DNA from: an uncultured Hyphomicrobiaceae bacterium
Lineage (GTDB): Bacteria > Pseudomonadota > Alphaproteobacteria > Rhizobiales > Hyphomicrobiaceae
Length of the DNA: 64,000 bases
NCBI GenBank assembly: GCA_964579305.1
Contig: CAZOGY010000001.1
Span: 24,806 to 88,805, forward strand
Direction: 5' to 3'
Shown: piece after piece, positions 11,256-19,979 of the stretch
Layout of the letters: each line of letters begins with the position of its first letter
Numbering within the stretch: the first letter of the stretch is position 1
The notes under the pieces: generated by a model
What the model was told of the DNA's origin: nothing
What the model saw: only the letters and a program-made list of their open reading frames with translations
Databases searched by the model: none
Translations under genes and position numbers: made by a program

Positions 11256-12725
11256 ATGGCGCGGACCCAGATCGGTGATGCAGACATGGGAAGGCCAGCG
11301 ATGGCGGGCGGGCCGGCGCAGGCCGCACAACCATTTCAGGGTCTGTCCTGGGGCGGCATCGTGCGGCTCGGCTTCGTACAGATGGCACTTGGCGCGATCG
11401 TGATCCTGACCACCTCAACGCTGAACCGGGTCATGATCGTTGAATTGGGGCTGGCGGCCTTGGTGCCGGGCACGTTGATTGGCTGGCATTACGCCATTCA
11501 AATCCTGCGACCGCGCTTTGGGTATGGATCAGATCGCGGTGGCCGGCATGTGCCGTGGATCATTGGCGGCATCGGGACGCTTGGCATTGGCGGCATCCTT
11601 GGCGCTGTTTCCGTCGTGCTGATGGCAGCACATTTCGCAACCGGTCTTGCGGTTGCCGTGCTTGCCTTTTTGTTGATTGGCATTGGCGTTGGCGCTGGCG
11701 GCACGACCTTGCTCGTGCTGCTGTCCAAGAGGGTTGCGCCAGAGCGGCGCGCCGCGGCAGCGACCATCGTTTGGACGATGATGATCCTGGGTTTCATCAT
11801 CACGGCCAAAACCGCCGGCGACCTGCTTGAGCCCTATTCGCCAATGCGTCTGGTTTTTGTGATGGCCGGCGTTTGCGCCATTGCGTTCGTGGTGACGTGT
11901 GCGGCGGTGATCGGCATGGAACTGCCCAGAACCGACGCTGGTCAGAGCGCCGGTGCGGATGCGGCTGTCGACCCAGATGCGCAGCGCGATGACCAGCCCA
12001 CGTTTCGCGAGGCTCTGTCGCAGGTGTGGGCCGAGCGCGATGCACGGCAGTTCACGATTTTCGTTTTCGTCGCGATGTTGGCCTATGCCACGCAGGATCT
12101 GATCCTTGAGCCGTTTGCAGGCATTGCATTTGGCATGACGCCCGGGGAGACCACGAAGCTTGCCGGTGTTCAAAATCAGGGCGTTTTGATCGGCATGTTG
12201 AGCGTCGCGGGGATCGCGACCGTTTATGCTGGCACGTGGCTTGGCTCCCTCAAAATGTGGACGGTTGGCGGGTGCGTGGCATCCGGGATGGTCCTCTTTG
12301 CGCTCGCGTTTGGCGGGTCGGTGGCGCCGGACTGGCCGTTGACTGCAACGATCTTTGCGCTGGGGCTTGCCAACGGTGCGTTCGCGGTAGCCGCGATCGG
12401 CTCGATGATGGCGCTCGCCGGTGCGGGGCGCGGCCAGCGTGATGGCACCCGCATGGGACTATGGGGAGCAGCGCAAGGGATGGCCTTTTGCCTGAGCGCG
12501 TTTCTTGGCGCGGGAAGCGTCGACGCGGTAACCGCCGCCATGGGAACGCCCATTACGGCCTACATCGCCGCGTTCATCCTGGAAGGATGTCTGTTTTTGA
12601 TTGCAGCCGGGCTTGCGCTGCAAATCGGTCGGGACCACGCCGCGCGTGAGCGGCTTGCTGCCGGCCCGCGCCTGACTGCGGTCGGCGAAAGTCTGTTGCC
12701 AGCCAGCGAAGGAAGACGCGCATGA
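11256..12725 (+). CDS. PucC/LhaA-family (BCD) MFS protein of the PGC
   Basis: A polytopic membrane protein of ~489 aa between bchG and bchP, the position of orf428/pucC-like genes in other PGCs. Start trimmed to the ATG at 11256, after GAGGGA. Its stop overlaps the bchP ATG (ATGA at 12722-12725). Confidence 0.8.
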   Translation: MARTQIGDADMGRPAMAGGPAQAAQPFQGLSWGGIVRLGFVQMALGAIVILTTSTLNRVMIVELGLAALVPGTLIGWHYAIQILRPRFGYGSDRGGRHVPWIIGGIGTLGIGGILGAVSVVLMAAHFATGLAVAVLAFLLIGIGVGAGGTTLLVLLSKRVAPERRAAAATIVWTMMILGFIITAKTAGDLLEPYSPMRLVFVMAGVCAIAFVVTCAAVIGMELPRTDAGQSAGADAAVDPDAQRDDQPTFREALSQVWAERDARQFTIFVFVAMLAYATQDLILEPFAGIAFGMTPGETTKLAGVQNQGVLIGMLSVAGIATVYAGTWLGSLKMWTVGGCVASGMVLFALAFGGSVAPDWPLTATIFALGLANGAFAVAAIGSMMALAGAGRGQRDGTRMGLWGAAQGMAFCLSAFLGAGSVDAVTAAMGTPITAYIAAFILEGCLFLIAAGLALQIGRDHAARERLAAGPRLTAVGESLLPASEGRRA

Positions 12726-13930
12726 GTTCGACGGGCGAAATGAAGTCGGTTGATGCCGTGGTTGTTGGTGGCGGGCCTGCGGGCGCGACGGCGGCCAAGA
12801 CACTTGTTGAGCAAGGCTGGTCGGTTGTGCTCCTCGATAAGCAGGGGCGCATCAAGCCTTGCGGCGGCGCGGTCCCGCCACGGCTGATACGCGACTACGA
12901 AATTCCCGACGATCTGATTGTTGCCAAAGCGCGGTCGGCGCGCATGATCTCGCCGTCGGAGCAAGTCGTCGATATGCCGATCGAAGGCGGCTATGTGGGC
13001 ATGGTCGATCGCGGCGAATTCGATGAATGGTTACGCGAACGCGCCAGTGCTCACGGCGCTGAGCGCCGCGCGGGGCGTTTCGTCCGGCTCGATCGTGACG
13101 CCGATGGCAGAGCCATTGTCGTGTATCACCCCAACGGCTGTGAGGATGGCGAAACGGTCTCGTTGCGGGCCGGCGTGGTCGTGGGAGCCGATGGCGCCCT
13201 TTCCAAAGTTGCGCGTGAGGCGTTGCCAGACGTGGCGCGGCCGCCGTTCGTGTTTGCCTATCACGAGATCATCCAGTCGCCCGAAAATGCGAGCGAAGCG
13301 TTTCAATCCGATCGTTGCGAGATCTACTATCAGGGGCGCTTGTCTCCCGACTTCTACGCCTGGGTTTTCCCCCACGGCGGTACCACAAGCGTTGGATGCG
13401 GCAGCGCCCATAAGGGTTTCTCGCTGAAGGATGCAACGGCGGCGACGCGGGCAGCATCGGGGTTGACCGGCCAAGCGACGGTGCGCTGTGAAGGGGCACC
13501 GATCCCGATGAAGCCAATGAAGCGTTGGGACAACCGGCGCGATGTCATCCTGGCTGGCGATGCTGCCGGCGTTGTTGCGCCAGCTTCGGGCGAAGGCATC
13601 TATTATGCGATGCTGACCGGTCAGTTGGTGGGCGAGGCGGCCGCGGACTTTCTCGCCACTGGAGAGGCGACCGCGCTGGCCAAAGCACGCAAACGCTTCA
13701 TGAAAGAGCATGGCCGCGTTTTCTGGGTCCTCGGGCTTCTGCAGCACTTCTGGTATCGCAACGATCGGCGCCGAGAGCGGTTCGTGTCGATGTGCAAGGA
13801 CAAGGACGTGCAGCGCCTGACCTGGCAGTCGTACATGAACAAGGAATTGGTCCGCTCCGATCCGATGGCCCACTTGCGCGTCTTCACAAAAGACGTGGCC
13901 CACCTGTTCGGCTTTGTCTCGGCGCGCTGA
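12722..13930 (+). CDS. bchP: Geranylgeranyl diphosphate/bacteriochlorophyll reductase
   Basis: 402 aa with an N-terminal FAD fold, DAVVVGGGPAGATAAKTL, and BchP/ChlP-like sequence throughout. It is translationally coupled to the upstream MFS gene. Confidence 0.9.
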   Translation: MSSTGEMKSVDAVVVGGGPAGATAAKTLVEQGWSVVLLDKQGRIKPCGGAVPPRLIRDYEIPDDLIVAKARSARMISPSEQVVDMPIEGGYVGMVDRGEFDEWLRERASAHGAERRAGRFVRLDRDADGRAIVVYHPNGCEDGETVSLRAGVVVGADGALSKVAREALPDVARPPFVFAYHEIIQSPENASEAFQSDRCEIYYQGRLSPDFYAWVFPHGGTTSVGCGSAHKGFSLKDATAATRAASGLTGQATVRCEGAPIPMKPMKRWDNRRDVILAGDAAGVVAPASGEGIYYAMLTGQLVGEAAADFLATGEATALAKARKRFMKEHGRVFWVLGLLQHFWYRNDRRRERFVSMCKDKDVQRLTWQSYMNKELVRSDPMAHLRVFTKDVAHLFGFVSAR

Positions 13931-13967
13931 TTGCCATGTTTTCTGATCGCGTGTTTCGCACCGGGGC

Positions 13968-14249
13968 GTGGCGGTGAGTTTTCTGGCCGACCTGATCACA
14001 AGCGGGCGGATCGTTGATCTGATCCTAGGGCTTATCGCGATTGAAGTCTGCGCGTTGGTTGCCTTGCGCGCGCTGCTTGGAACAGGACCGCGGCTGACGG
14101 TCCTTGCCGGGACGCTTGCATCGGGCGTTTGTCTGCTGGGGGCCATGCGCAGTGCCATGGCTGGTGCGCCGTGGTGGCTGACGGCTGGCTTGTTGCTTGC
14201 GGCGTTTGTCGCCCACATCGGTGACGTCGCGCTGCGGTGGCGCGCTTGA
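13968..14249 (+). CDS. Hypothetical small membrane protein (93 aa, about 3 TM segments) inside the PGC
   Basis: GTG-start ORF MAVSFLADLITSGRIVDLILGLIAIEVCALVAL...LLLAAFVAHIGDVALRWRA. It is hydrophobic and unlike the Arg/Pro-rich spurious frames nearby, and it fills the bchP-bchI gap on the same strand. I recognise no family. Confidence 0.4.
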   Translation: MAVSFLADLITSGRIVDLILGLIAIEVCALVALRALLGTGPRLTVLAGTLASGVCLLGAMRSAMAGAPWWLTAGLLLAAFVAHIGDVALRWRA

Positions 14250-14253
14250 TGCC

Positions 14254-14297
14254 TGTCATCGCAATCAGACGGCTAACCTTGTACATTGGCTGTGACG
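14254..14297. promoter_or_regulatory. Degenerate tandem PpsR-type boxes upstream of bchI
   Basis: Read directly: TGTCATCGCAATCAGACG (14254-14271) and TGTACATTGGCTGTGACG (14280-14297). Each is TGT-N12-ACG, one mismatch from the consensus. They are exactly 8 bp apart, the spacing described for the R. capsulatus bchC operator pair. Confidence 0.4.
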
Positions 14298-14391
14298 CCG
14301 GTCTGGGCGCTACGTTTGACAGCGGTCGCCTGTGTCCCGCAGCCCTTTCGGCGCAGGCACGGCCACAAACTTAAGATTGAGAGGCGGCTTG

Positions 14392-15420
14392 ATGATGCCG
14401 AAGGCCTACCCATTCGCTGCGATCGTCGGGCAGGACGAGATGAAGCGCGCGCTGTTGATGGCCGCGGTCGACCCAACCATCGGTGGCGTTCTGGTTTTTG
14501 GCGATCGCGGGACGGGCAAGTCCACGGCCGTACGCGGGCTGGCTGCACTGCTGCCCGAAATTGAAATGCGCGATGGCTGCGCGTGCAACATGGGGCCTGA
14601 TCAGCCGGCCGAGGCGTGCATTCCAGATTGCCCGGCTTGCCATAACCCAGACGGGCAGACCGCGACCCGGCCAGTGCCGGTGGTCGACTTGCCGCTTGGG
14701 GCGACGGAAGACCGGATCGTGGGCGCGTTGGACTTGGAAAAGGCACTGGCGCATGGCGAGCGCGTGTTTGAGCCAGGGCTACTCGCACGCGCCAATCGGG
14801 GCTTTTTGTATATCGATGAAGTCAATCTGCTGGACGACCATTTGGTCGATCTGTTGCTCGATGCGGCGGCTTCGGGCGAGAACGTTGTCGAGCGTGAAGG
14901 ACTGAGCGTGCGCCATCCCGCGCGCTTTGTTATCGTTGGCAGCGGAAACCCGGAAGAAGGTGAGCTGCGACCGCAATTGTTGGATCGCTTCGGCCTGTCG
15001 GTTGAGATTACGACGCCAAGCGACATTCAACAGCGCATCGACATTGTGAAGCGCCGCGATGCATTCGAGCGCGATCCCAGCGGATTTGCCGCGGAGTGGT
15101 CAGGGCGAACGAACGACGTGCGCGGGCAGATCGAAGCGGCACAGGTGTTGCGCGATCGCGTTTCGGTGCCCGACGCAATTTTGGAGGAAGCAACCAAGCT
15201 TTGCCTTGCGCTGGGTACCGATGGGCTGCGCGGGGAACTGGCGCTCATGAAGGCCGCGCGCGCATTGGCGGCCCTAGAGGGCGCTGAGACCGTCACGACC
15301 GATCATCTCGTTGCGGTTGCGCCTTCGGCACTGCGCCACCGCATGCGCCGCGATCCACTCGATGAAACCGGCTCGACCGCGCGGATTGAGAAAGCGATTG
15401 GCGATGTCTTCGGCCATTGA
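14392..15420 (+). CDS. bchI: Magnesium chelatase ATPase subunit I
   Basis: MMPKAYPFAAIVGQDEMKRALLMAAVDPTIGGVLVFGDRGTGKSTAVRGLAALLP... is the canonical BchI/ChlI AAA+ N-terminus with a Walker A motif. Start trimmed to the ATG at 14392, after GAGAGG. Confidence 0.95.
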   Translation: MMPKAYPFAAIVGQDEMKRALLMAAVDPTIGGVLVFGDRGTGKSTAVRGLAALLPEIEMRDGCACNMGPDQPAEACIPDCPACHNPDGQTATRPVPVVDLPLGATEDRIVGALDLEKALAHGERVFEPGLLARANRGFLYIDEVNLLDDHLVDLLLDAAASGENVVEREGLSVRHPARFVIVGSGNPEEGELRPQLLDRFGLSVEITTPSDIQQRIDIVKRRDAFERDPSGFAAEWSGRTNDVRGQIEAAQVLRDRVSVPDAILEEATKLCLALGTDGLRGELALMKAARALAALEGAETVTTDHLVAVAPSALRHRMRRDPLDETGSTARIEKAIGDVFGH

Positions 15421-17281
15421 TGCGGCTGCGATGGCTGCGGCGCCTGGCCCGCTTGGCCCCGATGACCCTGAGGGGACGGGCGTTGCGCACGGCCAGCAGC
15501 AATGGGCGCTTGCCATGGACGCTGCTGCCATTGCAGCGACCGACCCAATCGGAACCGGCGGCGTCATTTTGGCTGGCGCTTGGGGTCCGCAGCGCACAGC
15601 GTGGCTTGCAGCCTTCCGTGCGCTTGCGGGCGATGAACTGCCGCTGGTCAAAATTCCGGGGCACGTCAGCGATGATCGGCTCGTGGGGGGGCTTGATCTG
15701 TCGGCAACGTTGGCCAAAGGCCGTCCCGTGATCCAAAGCGGGCTGCTCGCGCGCGCGGATGGTGGCGTAATTCTACTCTCGCCGGGTGAGCGGGTTGGGC
15801 TGCGGATTGCCGGTCAAATCGCGGCGGCACGGGACTGCGGCGGCGTCCATCTTCAGCGCGACGGCGCCGATCGCTTCGAGGCAACGCGTTTTGGTGTGAT
15901 TGCGTGCGACGAAGCTCTGGCCGGTGAGGATGGGTTAGCGACGGTTCTGGGCGATCGCATCGGCATGCGGGTCGTGCTTGATGGCCTGACGCTTGCCGAT
16001 GCGGCCGCGCCACCACGTTTCACACGGGACGATGTCGTCAAAGCGCGTGCGCGGTATGCACGTGTCGAAGCGCCGGCGTCAGTCCATGAGACGTTGGCGG
16101 CAATCACGGTCGCTTTCGGCATTGGGTCGTTGCGTGTCGCCGTGATGGCGCTGAGCGTTGCGCGGGCGCATGCGGCGCTTGAAGGGCGAGATTGGATTGC
16201 CGAATGCGATGTGATGCGGGCGGCCAGTTTGTGTTTGACGTGGCGGGCCACGCAGATCCCAAACCTTGCGCCACCAGACGACTGCGAGCAGGACGACATC
16301 ACCGAGCCGCCGCCTGCCGACAATGTGGATGATCCGCCCGAGCCACCAGAGGCAATCGACGATCCCGCGCGCATGCAAATGGATAGCGAGCAGATGATTG
16401 AGGCCATGCTCGCAAGGCTTCCGCCTGAGCTGCTTGCGCAACTTGCCAACGGTGTGGGGGCGATGGCGCGCGGGCCGCAAACCGACGGGCGGGTTGGTGC
16501 TTCGCGTCAGGATATCCTCGGGCGGACGCCAGCGGGGATTGTGCGCGGAGATCCCAGGTCGGGGGCGCGGTTGTCGGTATTTGCCACGCTGCTTGCTGCG
16601 GCGCCGAAGCAAACTTTGCGTCGCGGCGTGATTGGTGTGCAGCGTGACCGCCAAAGCCCGGTCGCGCGGCGGCTGCAGGTCCGCCCCGACGATTTTCGCA
16701 TTGTGCGAAAACGGCGCCAGCAACAATCGCTGACAATCTTCGCCGTTGATGCGTCCGGGTCGGCCGCGTTGGCACGGCTCGGAGAAGCCAAGGGCGCGGT
16801 CGAGCTTCTTCTTGCTGACTGTTATGTGCGGCGCGATCAGGTCGCTTTGCTCGCATTCCGCGGCGCTCAAGCCGAAGTCTTGCTGTCGCCGACGTCAGCG
16901 CTTGCGCGGGCAAAGCGCGCTCTTTCGGTTCTGCCTGGTGGTGGCGGGACACCACTTGCAGCGGGCATCGCGAAGGCGCTGCAACTGGCGCACGTTGCTC
17001 AAACCCGTGGACAGGTTCCGCAGCTTGTTTTTCTCACGGACGGGCGGGCGAACGTGGGCCTCGATGGGGCGCCTGGCCGCAAGACGGCCATGGAAGATGC
17101 CATGGCGCAGGCCGCTCAGCTTAAGGCACTCCGGTTGCCGGTTTTGATGATCGACACCGCACCACGCCCTGACCCGCGGGCCTCCGCGCTCGCGGCGGCG
17201 ATGGGCGGGCGATATCTGGCGCTGCCCAGTGCGCAAGCCGAAAAAATCAGGGATGCGGTGGCCGCATCGGCGCCAGGTTAG
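15404..17281 (+). CDS. bchD: Magnesium chelatase subunit D
   Basis: It has an AAA-like N-terminal half, an acidic Pro-rich linker (...EPPPADNVDDPPEPPEAIDDP...) and a C-terminal vWA/integrin-I domain (...LTIFAVDASGSAALARL...). The likely start, MSSAIDAA at 15404, overlaps the bchI 3' end by 17 nt. The track start (15311) is an extension. Confidence 0.9.
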   Translation: MSSAIDAAAMAAAPGPLGPDDPEGTGVAHGQQQWALAMDAAAIAATDPIGTGGVILAGAWGPQRTAWLAAFRALAGDELPLVKIPGHVSDDRLVGGLDLSATLAKGRPVIQSGLLARADGGVILLSPGERVGLRIAGQIAAARDCGGVHLQRDGADRFEATRFGVIACDEALAGEDGLATVLGDRIGMRVVLDGLTLADAAAPPRFTRDDVVKARARYARVEAPASVHETLAAITVAFGIGSLRVAVMALSVARAHAALEGRDWIAECDVMRAASLCLTWRATQIPNLAPPDDCEQDDITEPPPADNVDDPPEPPEAIDDPARMQMDSEQMIEAMLARLPPELLAQLANGVGAMARGPQTDGRVGASRQDILGRTPAGIVRGDPRSGARLSVFATLLAAAPKQTLRRGVIGVQRDRQSPVARRLQVRPDDFRIVRKRRQQQSLTIFAVDASGSAALARLGEAKGAVELLLADCYVRRDQVALLAFRGAQAEVLLSPTSALARAKRALSVLPGGGGTPLAAGIAKALQLAHVAQTRGQVPQLVFLTDGRANVGLDGAPGRKTAMEDAMAQAAQLKALRLPVLMIDTAPRPDPRASALAAAMGGRYLALPSAQAEKIRDAVAASAPG

Positions 17282-17296
17282 CGGGGCACGAAACGC

Positions 17297-18271
17297 ATGA
17301 GCGGCGCACGGGACGGGAGACTTGGCGATGCCGTATCACGCACGCGCAATGGGCGAACAATCATGTCGCAGGCACGCGGACCGCTCACGTGGCGTGGCGA
17401 AGGTCGCGACTGGCCGCATCGATCACAGTCTCGCTTTGTCAAATCCGGTGGACTGACGTGGCACGTGCAGCAGTTTGGCGCCGGCCCGCCGATTTTGCTC
17501 TTGCACGGTACGGGCGCTTCGACCCACTCCTGGGATGGGCTCGCGCCGCTGTTGGCGACTTCGCACAGGGTCGTCAGCGTTGATCTTCCGGGGCATGCGT
17601 TCAGTGCGCCTTTGCCCATGAGCGAAGTTTCGCTCAGCGGATATGCGGCGGAGGTGCGGCGTCTGCTTGATGAATTGGCATTAGCGCCCGAGGTTGTCAT
17701 CGGTCATTCGGCGGGCGCTGCCATCCTGGTGCGTCTGGCCATCGATGGGCCATTCCGTCCCAAGCTGGTCATCGGGCTTAATGCGGCGGTTCTGCCATTT
17801 CCAGGTGCGGCGGGGCACGTTTTTCCCGCGCTGGCCAAATTGCTTTATCTCAACCCATTCGCGCCGCGCTTTTTTGCCTGGCAAGCTCGTGATCCTGCAG
17901 CGATTGCGCGACTTTTGAAAAGCACCGGTTCGTGTGTTCCGGCCAAGAGTGCTGAGATTTACGCGCGGCTGTTTCGCTGCGAAGCGCATGTTGCGGCCAC
18001 TTTGAATATGATGGCGAATTGGGATTTGGCCCGCTTAAAGCGCGACTTGGCGTGCCTGACTGTGCCGCTGGTTTTGCTGGCTGGCGAACGTGACACAACG
18101 GTTGCACCGCGGCAGGCGCGCGAGGTTGCAGGCCTTGTGCCCGGCGCAGTGTGGCAAAGCGTTCCGCGGCTAGGCCATCTCATGCACGAAGAAGAGCCGT
18201 CGCTGATTGCCGACCTGATCAGGCCGCACGTGGAGGCTGTTGCAAGCCGTGCTGATGCCGCAGATGGCTGA
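17297..18271 (+). CDS. bchO: Alpha/beta hydrolase BchO (PGC accessory protein)
   Basis: ...WHVQQFGAGPPILLLHGTGASTHSWDGLAPLL...VIGHSAGAAI... is an alpha/beta-hydrolase fold with a nucleophile elbow. Its position after bchI-bchD matches bchO (orf284 of R. capsulatus). The start could be internal (MSQARG). Confidence 0.8.
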   Translation: MSGARDGRLGDAVSRTRNGRTIMSQARGPLTWRGEGRDWPHRSQSRFVKSGGLTWHVQQFGAGPPILLLHGTGASTHSWDGLAPLLATSHRVVSVDLPGHAFSAPLPMSEVSLSGYAAEVRRLLDELALAPEVVIGHSAGAAILVRLAIDGPFRPKLVIGLNAAVLPFPGAAGHVFPALAKLLYLNPFAPRFFAWQARDPAAIARLLKSTGSCVPAKSAEIYARLFRCEAHVAATLNMMANWDLARLKRDLACLTVPLVLLAGERDTTVAPRQAREVAGLVPGAVWQSVPRLGHLMHEEEPSLIADLIRPHVEAVASRADAADG

Positions 18272-18401
18272 CGTTGGCGTGTGCCGTATCGCTTCTCGTC
18301 GCGCCTTGCCGGCATTTCCGCAATGTTCTCAGCTTCAGTGTCGATTTTCGCCACAATTGAAGACACCAACATCGCGATCCCTTTGAACGTGGCGACAGCG
18401 A

Positions 18402-19979
18402 ATGTTTATCGAACTGACCCTCACAGCCCCCGATGGTGCCGATTATTCGGCGCGTGACCTTGGCTTCTTGCTGCACAAGAATCCCGACAACGTGCATGCG
18501 CGTGAAGTGAATGCCGGTAAGGCCTTTGTCTTTTTCACGGACGCGAGCGACCAAACGGCAAGCGCGGTTTTGCATGTCGCGGTCGATCCGGTCGGACTTG
18601 TGCGCGGGCGCAACAAGGATGCCGAAGGTCTGCTCGATCAGTATGTGAACGACCGGCCATACGTGGCAAACTCGTTCTTGTCCGTTGCGATTGGCCGTGC
18701 GTTCGGTCAGTCCATGTCAGGGCGTTCCAAACAGCGTCAGGCCCTTGCGGAGCGCGCGCTCCCGTTTGTCGTCCGCGTCACGCCCGTTGCGGTCGCTGGC
18801 GGACGGGAAATGGTTGAAACGGTTTTTGCGCCATTGGGGTATGCCATTGATATCGGCGTCCTCGATGAAACAACGGACCGCGCAATTCTGGATTTGACGC
18901 TCACGGGCGAGGTGGTTCTCAAGGATTTGCTGGCGCATCTCTATGTGCTGGTGCCGGTGCTGGATAACGACAAGCACTATTATATTGCCCGTGACGAGGT
19001 TGAGGTTTTGCTGGCCAAGGGCGAAGGCTGGCTCGGCCATCACCCGGCAAAAGACCTGATTGCAAAGCGCGCCCTCAAGAACCGGCGCGCGCTGGTCAAT
19101 GCGACGTTGGCGCGGTTGGCAGATGAAGCGGTGACGCCGGATGAGGCGGACGAGGTTGCTGCCGCCGAGATTGCAGAGGGGGCGGAGACCGGGGCATCGA
19201 TGTCTGCCGTTGGCGATATCTCCCCTCCTGACGGCGCCGCAGATGACGCTGGAGTTCCAGACCCCGCGGAGCGCAAACGTCCCCTCACGGCCGAAGAGAC
19301 GTTTGAAAAGCCCATTCGGCTGCACGATTTGCGGCTGGACACGGTGGCCCAGGTTCTCAAGGACCAGCATGTTGCAAGTGTGCTGGATCTTGGCTGCGGC
19401 GAGGGCAAGCTGATCCGCCGTTTGATGAAAGAGCGGGGCTTCAAGCGGATCGTGGGCGTTGATCCGTCCGTGCGCACGCTTGAGCTGGCCTCGCGGCGGC
19501 TGCGGCTGTTGGCGGCTGGCGAGGCCGTCCGCCGACGTGTCTCGTTGCTTTTTGGAAGCCTGACCTATGGCGATCGGCGCTGGGAGGGGTTTGATGCGGC
19601 GGCTCTTGTGGAAGTGATTGAGCATATCGATCCGCCGCGATTGTCGGCGCTTGAGCGGTCGCTGTTTGGTTTGGCCCGCCCGCGGGTTGTGATCGTGACG
19701 ACGCCAAACCGCGAATATAACGCGCTGTTTGAAACCATGCCTGCCGATAAACTGCGCCATCCCGACCACCGCTTTGAATGGACGCGTGCCGAGTTTGAAG
19801 ACTGGGCGCAAGGCGTTTGCCATCGCAATGGCTATCGCGTGTCGTTCTCGCCGTTGGGCCCGGTCGATGAGACGCACGGGGCGCCGTCGCAAATGGCTGT
19901 TTTTGAATTGGGTATTGCAGAAACGACTAGGGCCGGCGACGTCGGTGAGGCCGCACAGACAGCGGGGGCGGCAGAATGA
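18402..19979 (+). CDS. hen1: Bacterial Hen1 RNA 3'-terminal ribose 2'-O-methyltransferase
   Basis: The N-terminus MFIELTLTAPDGADYSARDLGFLLHKNPDNVH... is the bacterial Hen1 N-terminal domain pattern (DLG[YF]LLHKNP). The C-terminus has a SAM methyltransferase motif, VLDLGCGEGKL, and ...VIEHIDPPRL...HRFEWTRAEF. ATGA overlap with pnkp at 19976-19979. Confidence 0.85.
   Translation: MFIELTLTAPDGADYSARDLGFLLHKNPDNVHAREVNAGKAFVFFTDASDQTASAVLHVAVDPVGLVRGRNKDAEGLLDQYVNDRPYVANSFLSVAIGRAFGQSMSGRSKQRQALAERALPFVVRVTPVAVAGGREMVETVFAPLGYAIDIGVLDETTDRAILDLTLTGEVVLKDLLAHLYVLVPVLDNDKHYYIARDEVEVLLAKGEGWLGHHPAKDLIAKRALKNRRALVNATLARLADEAVTPDEADEVAAAEIAEGAETGASMSAVGDISPPDGAADDAGVPDPAERKRPLTAEETFEKPIRLHDLRLDTVAQVLKDQHVASVLDLGCGEGKLIRRLMKERGFKRIVGVDPSVRTLELASRRLRLLAAGEAVRRRVSLLFGSLTYGDRRWEGFDAAALVEVIEHIDPPRLSALERSLFGLARPRVVIVTTPNREYNALFETMPADKLRHPDHRFEWTRAEFEDWAQGVCHRNGYRVSFSPLGPVDETHGAPSQMAVFELGIAETTRAGDVGEAAQTAGAAE

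Noticed and set aside
13031-14218. A 395-aa minus-strand ORF antisense to bchP.
   Set aside because: Its composition looks spurious (Arg/Pro/Ala-rich), and it overlaps a confidently identified bchP on the opposite strand.
18339-18355. TGTCGATTTTCGCCACA upstream of hen1 as a PpsR operator.
   Set aside because: The spacer is 11 nt rather than 12 (TGTC-N9-CACA), and there is no partner site at an 8-bp distance. I mention it only as a weak clue and do not call it a feature.
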